This document shows positions 1 through 12,860 of a stretch of 64,000 nucleotides of DNA, piece by piece. The DNA comes from Eledone cirrhosa. Lineage: Eukaryota. The notes under the pieces were generated by a model, which had not been told where the DNA came from, did not search any database, and worked only from the letters and a program-made list of their open reading frames with translations. Numbering within the stretch: position 1 is the first letter of the stretch; every line of letters begins with the position of its first letter. Location: the NCBI GenBank assembly GCA_964016885.1, contig OZ024740.1, positions 157,976,001-158,040,000 on the forward strand. Reading direction: 5' to 3'. The position numbers and the translations under genes were made by a program.

Positions 1-3000
1 TACGATACAACACAACTTCAACAACCACCACAACTTCACACCCTATAACCACGTCCATCAAATCTACACACCCTACAACAACAGCAGGGCTCAATACAAC
101 CACACGATACAACCTAACTTCAACAACCACCACAGCTACACACCATCTAACAACACCAGCAGGGGCCAATACAACCATAAGAGACATCCAAACTTCAACA
201 ACCATCACAACTTCCGTAGTCATTTTTTAGACACAGCACACAGACACAGGGTAACAAGATAACACAAATCACACAGGAGACACAAAATGTAATAAAAATT
301 TAACCTCTAAAAAAATTTAACCTCTAAAGAATTAACAACAGACCAAATCAACATACTCTCCAAAGGTCTAAAATTTACATCAACTCCCCAACGACCAAAC
401 TACTCCGAAATGAAGGAAGATATTGCAGAATTCTGTAGAAAACTAAGACTCAAGGAGCAACTATACGACAAATACAATGAGGATGACTCAATAGCCAGAA
501 ATAGAAGCAACTACACCCCACCAAAATGCAAGAACAAATTCCTCGATCAATTCTGCGAACACATTACTAATTACCCATACCACCACCTACACAGACATAA
601 ACAAAAACCAAACCTAAGCAAAAAAGAATGGAATGGTCTTAACAGTGTAAAGAACGACAAAACCCTAACAATCAAAGAGGCAGATAAAGGGAGTGCAGTG
701 GTCCTTATGAGGACAGATTACTACACGACTCTTAGTACTCTCAACTCTAGAAAACGAAACATAATACGAAAAGTCCCAACACTACACACAACAGAAAATA
801 ATGAGAAACCTAAAATCCCTAACAACCCTTTACAAAGAAGGCCTTACCGACAAGGAATACAACTACATCACCAATTTCAAAAGCAGAACCAGCCTCTTCT
901 ACGGTATCCCAAAGACACACAAAAGCGAAGTAATAGGCAGGGCCTGCAAGCAAGCCACAGACATTTACATCAATATATCCCCCCACCCCACCCCCTGATG
1001 ACCTTAAATTAAGACCCATAATAGCAGGTACCACTTGTGAAACCCACCGCCTAAGCAACTTCCTAGATATTCTGCTTAAACCTTTCCTAAAACATAAAAA
1101 GCTTCATACCACCTCCCAACAACACTTAATAATGAACATACCCTACTAGTAACCTTTGATGTCATCAATTTATATTCCAATATCCCACACAACCTAGGTA
1201 TAGAGGCAATACAATTCTGGCTTGAAAATTTCCCTAGTGAACTTCCACAGCGCATCCCTAAAGAATTTGTGTTGGAGGGACTCAAATTCATCTTGGAAAA
1301 CAACTTCTACAGACAGAAATCTGGAACTGCCATGGGCACGAAAGTAGCCCCCTCATACGCCAACCTTGTCATGGAATATTTGGAAACCACTCTCTACCGC
1401 AAAGTTCTAGACAAATACGGAAACCACTTCTACCTACACATAGAAAAAAACTGGAAGAGATATCTGGACGACTGCTTCATCCTCTGGCATGAAAGTATAG
1501 AAAGACTGATTGAGTTGAAAACCCTTCTAAATGGACTCAACACAAACTTACAATTTACAATGGATTACAGCCATGAACAACTCTCTTTCCTCGACATCCT
1601 CATCAAGAAAACAAACAACAAAATAGAAACAGACATATACTACAAACCCACAGACTCCAAACAATATCTTCCATTCAACTTGTGACACCCTCGCCATAGC
1701 AAAATGGCAATTCCTTATAACCTAGCGAGAAGGATCTACACAATAGTTTCAGATAAATACACTTGCTACACACGACTAGAAGAATTAAAGAACACACTTA
1801 TCAGCAGAAACTACCCACCATCCCTCATCAACAATGGATTCCAACGTGCCCTAAAACTCAACATCCAGGAACTCAGACACCCCACGCCCAGGAATGAACC
1901 GCAACAGAAAACTCTACCATACATCTCCACACACAACTCCCTCAACAATGAGGCATTCGACACCATTCTCCAGAACATTCCTTTACTAAAAAGAGACCCA
2001 AGAATGAACAAAATCCTCTAAACACACAACATCATAAAGAGCAAAATACAACCTAAATCCATAAAAAAACATCCTCACACAAGCCAAAACCCAACCAACC
2101 CTCACAATGAACCCTACAGTAAAAAAAATGCGGAAGGCCCAACCGAGGCATATACATAAATCTAATAGAAGGTTCAACATTCCATTTTAAACAAGGACAA
2201 CATTTCACAGTTAAACACAACTTTACATGTGCATCTAAAAACCTAATCTATGTTTTGACCTGCTCAGGTTGTCAAGAGCACTACATAGGACAGACAAAAA
2301 ATAGCCTCCGACAACGTATGACCGTCCATAGATCACAAATCAGGAATACAGAAAGATTGCATTTAGTGAACATATCGCCAATTGTGCACCTAACCAACAT
2401 CCAAACTTTAAAATTTTCCCCATTTACAAATTCATAGACAACGCTCCTTTCGTACTAATAAGGAAACGTACTTCATTAACAAATTCCAACCTCTACTTAA
2501 TGGATTAAACTTCGGTCTAAACTAAAACTGGAACGAACAATGAACCAAAACTAAATCCCTATGTTTCTCTAAAGAGTTACCTCCCTCACACCCTACCTAA
2601 TCCTTTTTCTTATATAAATTGTATACCCTCTCTCACTTCTCTCTCACCTACCTGACCACCCTGAATTACGTCTCCCTGCATATTAACTCTCTAAAAAGGG
2701 AAATCATATCAAACCCCAGACTACCATTTGCCTCCATCATGGATCAACTAAGCATTCTTGCCATAATAACACATTTTGAACTGCTTATCTTCAAGAACTA
2801 TGCCTGTAAATAATATTTTTTATTTCCCATTACTCTATTATGTTTCACATTACCCCCCCCCCCTTTTTTTTCTTTTTTCTTTTCACTTCAAAAACCTTGT
2901 TTGTAAATAACATTATTCTTTCTTCACCATTTCCTTAACATGTTCAAATCACCATTTTACACCAATACATATTCCCCCCTTTTGATAATGCATAAAATGC

Positions 3001-3125
3001 TGAAACCGGTAATAGACAATTATTGAATATACAAATAAATAAATAAATGCCATTGTTAATTAATAAATAAATTAACTAATACCTCAACACTTCACACAAA
3101 GTAAAATATTTTGTTTTAAACATTT
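1..3125 (+). mobile_element. Degenerate Penelope-like retroelement (upstream ORF remnant + RT + GIY-YIG endonuclease + 3' pLTR with HHR-like motif)
   Basis: Frameshifted pieces carry PLE motifs: LSKGLKF (~356-376), KEADKGSAVV, LRPII, QKSGTAMGTKVAPSYANL, KRYLDDCF, FLDI..YYKPTDSKQYL, IPYNLARRI, and GIY-YIG CSGCQEHYIGQTKNSLRQRMTVH (2255-2340). Confidence 0.93.
2976..3015 (+). ncRNA. Hammerhead-like motif, U3-A8 core variant, at PLE 3' end
   Basis: TTGATAA-t-GCAT aaa ATGC-t-GAAA-CCGG-TA; palindromic ACCGGT helix III; stem I poorly paired. Confidence 0.5.
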
Positions 3126-3223
3126 TCTAACCCAGAAAAAAAAAATAAAAAGGAAAAAAAAAATTTTTCTTCCTAATAATCATCTTTTTCTCCCTATTTT
3201 CATATATATATATATATATGTGT

Positions 3224-3345
<122 letters not shown>

Positions 3346-4073
3346 ACACTCCATGCTGATATACATGTTAAAATTACACTTTCAGGCATTTCTAATATAA
3401 AACAGGAATCTATAATACTAAAGTTTAGCATGAGAACCGAAATAACTAGAACTATCTTTAAGATTAATGGTAGATTTATTGGTGTTTGAAATAAGTAAAT
3501 TTGTGAACGGGGTGCTTTTTCCGGGCCATAGAGCAATTGATCACAAGCAAGGGAAGTCGTAATGAAAAGCAAGGGAAGTCGTAATAAATTATAGATGCTT
3601 AGCCGTCTAGCAAATTGTAAAGAAAAAGCAAATCAACAAACTCATAAATACACTACGCTATCTTCTTTAACTTAACTATACCAAAATTAAAATTTCTATC
3701 GTTGTTTTTTTTTCTTTTTTTCTTTTTGAATCTAATGTAGCTAAGTAGTACGCCATTTTTACAGATTAGAAATATTTCATAAGGAAAAATTCTCTCTTAA
3801 TAGCGTGTATGCGAGACTAATTAGCTTAACACTTTGGGGTCAATCAGTCTACTCACCCATTTCCTCTTGCTTTTTTGTCGTGTCTAGCCCCTTTCATTGC
3901 CGCCATGAGTGTAATAAATTTAGATAGTACTAGACATTTAGCAGGACTAAACCAGCCATCAGAACAGGGCACCCTCCCCCACTGACTACTGACCACTCCC
4001 GGAGAAAAACAAAAGAAAACAAGAGAACTTTTAAGAATTTTTTGCTTTGACCGTCTGCCCATATATGGATTAT

Positions 4074-4169
4074 ACCCCTTGTAAAGTACGGCTAGATTCT
4101 CGCCGTTTGAATACTGGCGCTTTAGTTCGGATCTAGCTGTCAAAACGGCCGGAGCTCAGCCGTCGGGGT
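4074..4169 (+). ncRNA. Type-I hammerhead ribozyme (mutated U3-A8 variant, long helix II)
   Basis: Stem I ACCCC/GGGGT; core TTGTAAA; helix II acggctagat/atctagctgt; AAAA in place of GAAA (sister copies at ~16625-16670, ~16790-16830 and ~51140-51190 have GAAA); helix III CGGC/GCCG; GTC site. Confidence 0.6.
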
Positions 4170-4182
4170 CCTCAATCTTTTT

Positions 4183-4246
<64 letters not shown>

Positions 4247-4530
4247 AAATAACGAAACGAAATTAAATTTCGTTTCGCTTCTAACTCACTTTTGTATGAC
4301 TGACGCTTAAACAATTAAGTTAAAGTGTACATCTACATATGTATACGGAAGTATTAGTATGCATATAAATACACACATGTATACATATGTACATGTACTC
4401 AGCTTTTCACTAGACACTTTACAGTGAGTGTCAGCTAGTCTGTATGTAACCACACAGGCGGACCGGGTTTTAGAGTCATACGAGTTTTCAAGGAAACACA
4501 TTTCCTCTATTCTCCAGAGGGCCAGACAGG

Positions 4531-4575
4531 AATATTGGACTAGTTTCGATGTTATTACATCTCATCAGCAATATT
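4531..4575 (-). ncRNA. Type-I hammerhead ribozyme (intact core)
   Basis: Minus strand: AATATTG CTGATGA GATGT aata ACATC GAAA CTAG TC CAATATT; 7-bp stem I, 5-bp stem II, palindromic ACTAGT helix III, GUC cleavage triplet. Confidence 0.9.
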
Positions 4576-4999
4576 TACCCATCTTCCGGCTTCTCTGGAG
4601 AATTGTAAAAGCACATATCGTTATATGTTTTTTCTATGAAAATTAGTAGTGGGTAGACTAATTTGCATAGAACGTGAGTCATTGTACGCACCGGTTCAGC
4701 GGAAACGATAAAAACAAATAACGAAACGAAATTAAATTTCGTTTCGCTTCTAACTCACTTTTGTATGACTGACGCTTAAACAATTAAGTTAAAGTGTACA
4801 TCTACATATGTATACGGAAGTATTAGTATGCATATAAATACACACATGTATACATATGTACATGTACTCAGCTTTTCACTAGACACTTTACAGTGAGTGT
4901 CAGCTAGTCTGTATGTAACCACACAGGCGGACCGGGTTTTAGAGTCATACGAGTTTTCAAGGAAACACATTTCCTCTATTCTCCAGAGGGCCAGACAGG

Positions 5000-5044
5000 A
5001 ATATTGGACTAGTTTCCATGTTATTACATCTCATCAGCAATATT
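5000..5044 (-). ncRNA. Type-I hammerhead ribozyme (second monomer, one stem II mismatch)
   Basis: Same as 4531-4575 except a C>G change at the base of stem II. Confidence 0.8.
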
Positions 5045-5468
5045 TACCCATCTTCCGGCTTCTCTGGAGAATTGTAAAAGCACATATCGTTATATGCTTT
5101 TTCTATGAAAATTAGTAGTGGGTAGACTAATTTGCATAGAACGTGAGTCATTGTACGCACCGGTTTAGCGGAAACGATAAAAACAAATAACGAAACGAAA
5201 TTAAATTTCGTTTCGCTTCTAACTCACTTTTGTATGACTGACGCTTAAACAATTAAGTTAAAGTGTACATCTACATATGTATACGGAAGTATTAGTATGC
5301 ATATAAATACACACATGTATATCCGCCTGTGTGGTTACATACAGACTAGCTGACACTCACTGTAAAGTGTCTAGTGAAAAGCTGAGTACATGTACATATG
5401 TATACATGTGTGTATTTATATGCATACTAATACTTCCGTATACATATGTAGATGTACACTTTAACTTA

Positions 5469-5564
<96 letters not shown>

Positions 5565-5678
5565 AGGCTGTGTGGTTATAATGAAAATATAAAAAAATAC
5601 ACGGGAGAAATATAGTAAACACAAACCGCTCATCCCACTAATCAACTGTCTTTCATTATAGCTTCGGATGCTTTATAA

Positions 5679-5892
5679 CAGGCATGTCAAACATGCAGCC
5701 CACGGGCCGCATGTAGCCCTTTACAAGCACACCTGCGGCCCGCACAAAGGTTTTTACAGCGCGTGCATGTTTTATCCTCGTAAAATTAGTAGTAATATGT
5801 GCAATTAGTTGTGTGTGGCCCTCAGACAACACATATGTGACCCATGTAGCCCTCGGGGAGGGGGGGGGGGGGGCCTCAGTTTGACATGCCAG
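5679..5892. mobile_element. hAT (Charlie-like) MITE
   Basis: TIRs CAGGCATGTCAAAC / GTTTGACATGCCAG; near-perfect 8-bp TSD CTTTATAA / CTTCATAA; internal GCGGCCC-type motifs. Confidence 0.85.
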
Positions 5893-6034
5893 CTTCATAA
5901 GACAGGACTATTCACCACCAGTGCATCAATAGAAACCACGGAGTTATCTATGGATAGCTATTCGGGATGAAAACACAACGGACGTTGGCCAATAAAAAAA
6001 ACACACACACACACACACGCACACACACACACGC

Positions 6035-6128
<94 letters not shown>

Positions 6129-6452
6129 CAAAACAAAACAAAACAAAACAAGAAAAAATAACTACATACCGATATGGGACAGGAAAATTGCTACAATCGA
6201 AAGTAACAAAAACAAGGGCTATGTAACTGTAGTAGAAATTAAGGAGTGGATTAAATTAATACTATTTGGAGCAGTAAGCCCTAGAAGTTATATTAATAGG
6301 TGGGACATAGCGAAGATGACTGACCAGGCTGGTGTCAAATGACAAAAGGCCGAGACAAAGGCTTGGAAGTGTAGGGGAGTATTAAGGACTAAGGAAGAGG
6401 GAGAAAAAAAGATAGGTAAATGGATATAGAGGAATAAATAGACATAGATAGA

Positions 6453-6507
<55 letters not shown>

Positions 6508-6530
6508 TGTGTTTGTGAGAGAGAGAGAGA

Positions 6531-6565
<35 letters not shown>

Positions 6566-6939
6566 TGTGTTTGTGAGAGAGAGAGAGAGATTATGTCACA
6601 GCAGCATTACAAGTTAGTTCGAACAGTAACCCTAGAACTAATATTAATAGGAGAGACATCCTTTCTTATGATGTTTGTGCGTAGGAAGTACTAGAAATCT
6701 TAACAGGAAAGAAATTACTGAACTCTAGACAAGATAGGCTATTCATCTGTAAACACAAATGCCTGAAAACATATTCTAATAATAACCCTAGCTAACCCAT
6801 GATTAGAACTTATTACTCTATCTGTGACTCTTTTTCAAATACCCAGCTTTATTACATAGACAAGTGGCACAACATCTACTACTTTAGTTTCACCTATAAC
6901 GGTAACTGTCATGCTGATACTATTAATATTTAATATTAA

Positions 6940-7092
6940 TAGCGTTGCAGCAAAGAGTTACGGCCCTTTATGGTATGAGTTCAAATCCCGCCGAGGTTAA
7001 CTTTGCCTTTCATCCTGACGGGGTCGATAAAATAAAGTACCAGTAATACACTGAGATAATTACTGGCCTTGAGCCAAAAGTAGAAACAAATA
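6940..7092 (+). mobile_element. tRNA-derived SINE (5'-truncated)
   Basis: B-box GAGTTCAAATCCC followed by GAGGTTAACTTTGCCTTTCATCC..GGGGTCGATAAAATAAAGTACCAGT, shared with >10 copies in the window. Confidence 0.85.
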
Positions 7093-7359
7093 TTAATAGA
7101 GGTTTACGAGCCGTTTATTTTCTTACCATAGTAGCACTCCCATAACTCATACGACCCCTTTGATCTATAGATTAACTATTTCTCAACCAATGACATGTCT
7201 CATTTATGTAACACCAAAAATTGCTGGAAGACCAAAAGTCAACTTATCCCCCCCCCCACCCCGCCCTCTTTACATTCGATACTATCACTCAAATTCTAAA
7301 AACAGTATTTATTTTCTGAAAATTGTTGAGTTCTAGGATATTGTGGGAGAATTATTGGA

Positions 7360-7578
7360 AATATTAATATCTCTAAACAGCCCCCGTAGATCCTGACATA
7401 ACTCGATAATGAAACACGTATTAAAATGTATAATTAAATATTTTTTTGTTATAATCACGCTTTAGGAAAATCACACAAGGCGTGATTAGAAAAAAACTAT
7501 TTAATTATACATTTTAACACGTGTTTCATTATCGAGATACGTCACGATCTACGAGGGCTTTTTAGAGATATTAATATT
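7360..7578. repeat. Imperfect ~220-bp palindrome (fold-back element)
   Basis: AATATTAATATCTCTAAA..CGTAGATC..TAATCACGC mirrored by GCGTGATTA..GATCTACG..TTTAGAGATATTAATATT. Confidence 0.8.
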
Positions 7579-7666
7579 AATATTTATATTTATATATATA
7601 TATACATAGATACATACATACATAGATACATACATACATACATACATACATACATACATACATACA

Positions 7667-7704
<38 letters not shown>

Positions 7705-8102
7705 AACTAGAAATTGATTAACATATATATAAACATGAATAATCACAGGAGATAATTTTTACAAGCGTGTAACCACGTATACAAATATATATATATATAT
7801 ATATATATACATTTGGTATATCCTGTGGTAATTCCACTGTAGGGTCCAAGTTTAACAATTTACGGAGTACATATACGTAAATATATATATATATATATAT
7901 ATATTTATTTAGGTTTGTTGGTTCACCACTGGATAGAACTGGTCATTCCGTATGGTCAATCTCGATGTAATATTATGGAGAGCACTCAACTTAATGCAAC
8001 TCACCCGTCTCCGTCGTTTGTGTAGTTGGTGGTGCGAGTACGGAGTTAATTATTATAAAATAACAGGAGGCTGGTCAGGTGTAAATCCTTGAAAGTTTTA
8101 TT

Positions 8103-8160
8103 ATACTATGATCATTTCAATGACCGGGTTCAGTATGAATCCGGTGATATCATCAGGTAT
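8103..8160 (-). ncRNA. Type-I hammerhead ribozyme in a TA-flanked PLE-like terminal fragment
   Basis: Minus: ATAC CTGATGA tatc ACCGG attcatactgaac CCGGT catt GAAA TGATCA TA GTAT. Confidence 0.75.
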
Positions 8161-8263
8161 TCAAAATATAACAAAGGAATATAACAGATAAAATCCATGG
8201 GGCTGAAAATCAGAGACAAGAGGACGACCGACTATTTAGCAGCTTCTACCTCAGTCGGCCGCC

Positions 8264-8308
<45 letters not shown>

Positions 8309-8312
<4 letters not shown>

Positions 8313-8416
8313 CGAAACATAAGTCAATTGCATGAACTCATAATCCTTTATTTACTGCTATATATATTTCGATGATAGCTATTGAATGGCTCATCAGGCA
8401 GTTAGTCAGTTCTTAG

Positions 8417-8421
<5 letters not shown>
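8309..8421 (-). ncRNA. Short TA-flanked element with hammerhead ribozyme (8354-8402); sister of 20580-20742
   Basis: Minus: ACTGC CTGATGA gccattcaatagctatcatc GAAA TATATA TA GCAGT. Confidence 0.75.
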
Positions 8422-8462
<41 letters not shown>

Positions 8463-9599
8463 TCCATACGCTGTTTCATCTGGGGCGGGTAAGTGTGGGT
8501 TAAGTGGAGAAAAGGTGCAGTTGGAGGAGGAGGGGAAAATGTACAGAGTGAACAACTGGTGGGAGCGGGGCTTTGGCCGATACTCTCATAGTCACGATGT
8601 CGGTGTCCATGTGTGCTGGAGCACTCATGGCGCTTTGATTTATGTATTATTTACCCCCTTAGTAGTGTGTGTGTGTGCGTGTGTGCGCGCGCGCGCGCGG
8701 CCCTGGTTGGGAGGTGCCTACGAATTCCTCTCATGATCAGTGTTTTTGGTGGGTCTGCGTGTGCTCGTCTGTGTCTCTGTACCTGTGTAGTTGTGTGTTC
8801 GCTAGGTGGTGGTCGATCGGTACGTTGGATATGGCAAAATTTGGGGGCGAAGGATAAGGTTACAACGACGCTGCTACAGTGTCGGAAACGAGGTCAGAAG
8901 ATTCTAGTGTGAGGACGAGTCCAAAGTAGTGAGTATTATCACTTCCTGTTTTCCCTTACCCCCTTCTCCATACCCCTTACCATCGTTCCTACTCACCTTC
9001 TTTTATTTTGGAACGCTTGTTTGTGCTCTTGCTGTAGTGGATGTGGGGGAGCAGTTTACTATTTTTAGTGTGTTTGTGTGTTGTTTAGGTATTGAGGCTT
9101 TGTTGTATGAGTGTATCACCCCTCCGCCATCAAATATGGTGTGTGTGTGTGTGTGTGTGCGTGTGTGTGTGTGCCCGAGTGCGCGCTTCCGATGTTTGCC
9201 TTGATCCACAGGGTAGGTGTTTGCATTCTGAAGCTGGTAGTGTGGGTATGTATATGTGTGTACACTCTATGTGCACGTGGTTCTTTTTTTTTTGTACCTG
9301 CCGAATGTCTGTGCATGTGCATGCTGTTCAAATGTGGTATATACACCGATGAGTTCGACCTTCGAGTAGTGTAGCTGTGTATACGTTCTGTCTGTGGTTG
9401 CAAGCAGACTCACAAAAAACGCGCAAGAAAAAAGTGGGTGGAAACGTAAAGGGGAAATGAGGTAATGTGTGTGCTTACCTTGGAGAGGACGAGGTGACAG
9501 CACTATGTGCATGTGCGTTTGGCTCAAGTGTGGTGCATACACCGATATGTTCGTCTTAGTAGTGATGCACTATACTTTCGACTAGCCAGAGGATGAAAT

Positions 9600-11340
9600 T
9601 TCAACTAAACCCTGACTCATTTCGAGAATAGTAACAACACACCCTGAGGAGCTTGGAGACTGATGAGACTTTCTGGTGAGAAAAAGAGGAAGAATGTGAT
9701 ATGTATCCAAGAGAAAGACCGGCTTGTGAATTGGGGGGAGCAGTTTCACAAACCCCTATGAGCTGACAATCATGGTGGGCCAAACATAGCGATTGACCCA
9801 GTATTTGAAGTCCATCCAGAGGTAAGCATTACTGAATTTTCCATAGAAGAGGTGGACAATGCACAAAAGGCAATGAAACCAGGCAAAGCTCCTGGGCTTG
9901 ATGGCCTAACTGTAGACCCGTGTAAACTAACCAAAGCTGGCAAGTTTCTAAGAGTCTTCTGCATCGAAACCTTTGATGTGCATAAGCCCGAGGAATGGGG
10001 AATATCAGGAATAAAGCCAATGTCCAAGAAAGGTGGCGTTACCATCTGCACCAAGTATAGAGACATACGCAAATTAAAGAAAAGATTTACAGTAGGATAA
10101 TCCTGAATAGGATCAGACATGTATCGACAACATTATACGTTCCAGTCAAAATGAATTTCGGCCATTTCGCTCTACCGCTTCACACATCTTGGCTCTAAGA
10201 AGAATTGTTGAAGGAGTATGGAATTAGAAGAACGAGGCAGCAATTGTATTCATAGATTTCAAGAAGGCTTTTAATTCGATCGACCGAAAGAAGATGCTCA
10301 AATTTCTTCTTGCGTATAGGATAATCTATCAGATTGTAAATGTAATTAAAATGCATGAGAATACCTCAGTATTTGTGATGACACCCGAGAGAAACTCTTA
10401 TTCTTCATTGATACCGGAGTCCTCCAGGGAAATACTGTCGTTCCTTTCCTTTTTGTGATATGCCTTGATTAAACACCATTAAACGGAACAATGCTGAAAA
10501 GTCGACAAAATACCCGACGTCCGGAGAAAATTCTGCCTGAAATGGCTTACACAGATGACATAGCTCTCCTGGGAAAAAACTCTGCAAAGAAGCTGAGCGC
10601 GTGCTACACAGAGTAGAGGCTGAGCGCCGTCCATTGGACTCATTTTGAATGGTGACAAAATAACATTCAATCATGTCAAAGCAACGGCAAATAAACAAAT
10701 GCATGTGATAGACGATTCGGAGACTGGGGAAGATGATTACTTCTTGTAACTTGAAAGTTTTACAGTATGAACGGAGAGCACGGTATGGACACCAGGACAG
10801 GTAAGGCATGAGGGGATCTCAACACACTATCAACGGTGTGGGTGTCTCCGATCAAGAAGACTATGAAAATGCGGCTATTCAAGGCAACAATTGAGTCCAT
10901 TCTCCCTTACAAACAAAGAGGATTAAGAAGACATTCACGCGAATGCTGAAAAGGTGGAGAACACACGTAACTAGTATATTGATCTACACGTAACTAGTAT
11001 ATTGATCTACACGTAACTAGTATATTGATCACACATTCGCCTTTCTAACAGCATAAGGCGTAGGAGGATCGCATTAGCTGGACATGTGAAACGTCACAAT
11101 GAACCTTCTGGCAGAGCTCTTTTCTCGAAACCAGATGTGTGCAGACGAGTTGGAAGACCAATCGCCACGCTGAAGGATGTTCTTGAAGATGTCACTGGGT
11201 TTGACTCAGGGGTGCGGATGGCAATGCTGGACAGGGTGAGCTGGAGGAGGAACTTTGTCATGGCCCTAGTAATGGAGGAGGAGGAGGAGGAGGAGGAGGA
11301 GGAGGAGAAGAAGAAGAAGAAGAAGAAGAAGAAGAAGAAG

Positions 11341-11370
<30 letters not shown>
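9600..11370 (+). mobile_element. Degenerate RTE-like non-LTR retrotransposon (RT), ending in (GAG)n(AAG)n
   Basis: MKPGKAPGLDGL, IVFIDFKKAFNSIDR (~10245), GVLQG (~10415), AYTDDIALL (~10545), C-terminal GHVKRH..RVGRP..WRR; internal 23-bp triplication at ~10965-11030. Confidence 0.85.
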
Positions 11371-11371
<1 letters not shown>

Positions 11372-11964
11372 TATATTATTCTAACTTCCACGATTTAAAT
11401 TTTATACCCAACATTTCTGTCCTGTAGTTTATACTAGTTATTATTATTTATGTTTTTGTTCTTATTTCATTGTCCAATTACCAATGTTTTTTTCTGAAGC
11501 AACTTCTGTTTGACACCTTACACTAAATGGTTTCTCTAAGAGAAAACAGGTTTGTTGACTTTATTGTTATAATATCGAGTTGGACGAGAGGGTGGTGTTT
11601 GGTATTTCATATATATATATCATTTTTGTCTAGTGGAACAACTGTTGATATTTATTACTTATCTCTAGCAGATAATTGTTCCAATAATTAGTGTAGAATG
11701 ACACGTTAATCTTCATAAACAAATATCATATATCATTATAGACATCAACGTTCAACGTTAACATGATGCCTCACCTCAATTCTAATTTTACCACGTACCT
11801 TATTTATATAGGCATTAAGATACAGTTGTAACTTTAGTTACAATTTTAATCTCACAATCATTCTATCGTTGGTAAAATTAATTAATATCAACTGCTAACT
11901 TTGCACCACTATGAAAATAATATCAAGCCTAATCGCATTCACTTACATTATCATTATGTAATAA

Positions 11965-12180
11965 TGATTTCTCCTATAGGCACAAAGCCAGTAATTTTGG
12001 GGAGGGGAAAGTCGATTAAATCAACCCCAGTACATTACTGGTGCTTTATTTTATCGACCCCGTAAGGATGAAAGGCAAAGTTAACCTTGGCAGGATTTGA
12101 ACTCAGATCATAAAGGGCCATTTCTCTATGTTGCAAAGCATGGTGTCTGACGCTCTAAGGATACTGCCAATCCACCGCCC
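11965..12180 (-). mobile_element. tRNA-derived SINE, full length
   Basis: Reverse complement of the GGCGGTGGATTGGCAG head, B-box and GCCTTTCATCC core. Confidence 0.88.
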
Positions 12181-12496
12181 TTATATATATACATATATAT
12201 ATTATAAAATATTGAAATCCAAATATAGATTCCTTACAATGATCATAAGCGTTAAAAAAATCGGGTAAAATACCCTTAAAGGCAGAAATAATTTGATTGC
12301 AACCACTACAGAGAACGAACTGTGTATGTGTATAACCAAAATTATGATCATATGTTTAATAAACATAATAATTTATCACCATACAAAGAGAAAGTTGATA
12401 AATCGATTAGTTTTGACTAATGGTAAAAACCATCGTCATGACTCGCGTACCCAAAACCTGCTTACTGACAGGCAATAGTCGTTGTTACATAATGAT

Positions 12497-12860
12497 AATG
12501 GTTTCTGATTTAGGCACAAAGCCAGCAAATTTGGGGAGGGGAAATCGATTAAATCGACCCCAGTACATTACTAGTACTTTATTTTATCGACCCCGTAAGG
12601 ATGAAAGGCAAAGCTAACCTCGATGGGTTTTGAACTCAGAACGTAAAGGGCTGTAACTCTATGCCGCTAAGCATGATGCCCGACATTCTACCGATTCTGC
12701 TAATCCACCACTGTTATCATCATTATGATAATGTCGGGCAACATGCTTAGCGGCATAGAGTTACAGCCCTTTACGTTCTGAGTTCAAATCCAGCCGAGGT
12801 TAACATTGCCTTTCATCCTGACGGGGTCGATAAAATAAAGTACCAGTAATGTACTGGGGT
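12497..12860. mobile_element. Head-to-head pair of tRNA-derived SINEs (12497-12712 minus; 12733-12860 plus)
   Basis: Same SINE consensus on opposite strands about 20 bp apart. Confidence 0.85.

Larger units (their letters stand above)
4243..5473 (-). mobile_element. Retrozyme-like tandem array: ~2.3 x 469-bp non-coding monomers with an inverted terminal segment, between (TA)n tracts
   Basis: Units start at 4243, 4712 and 5181 and are near identical; 5322-5473 is the reverse complement of 4311-4462; one HHR per complete unit. Confidence 0.85.

Noticed and set aside
1683-1685. In-frame TGA at a likely Cys position (FNL*HP) in the PLE, recalling selenocysteine-coding Naiad PLEs
   Set aside because: The copy has many other stops and frameshifts and no SECIS was recognised; a point mutation is simpler. 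A family consensus would settle it.
9659-9690. CTGATGA motifs at ~9660 and ~995
   Set aside because: Inside retroelement coding remnants, without paired stems or a correctly placed GAAA..UH.
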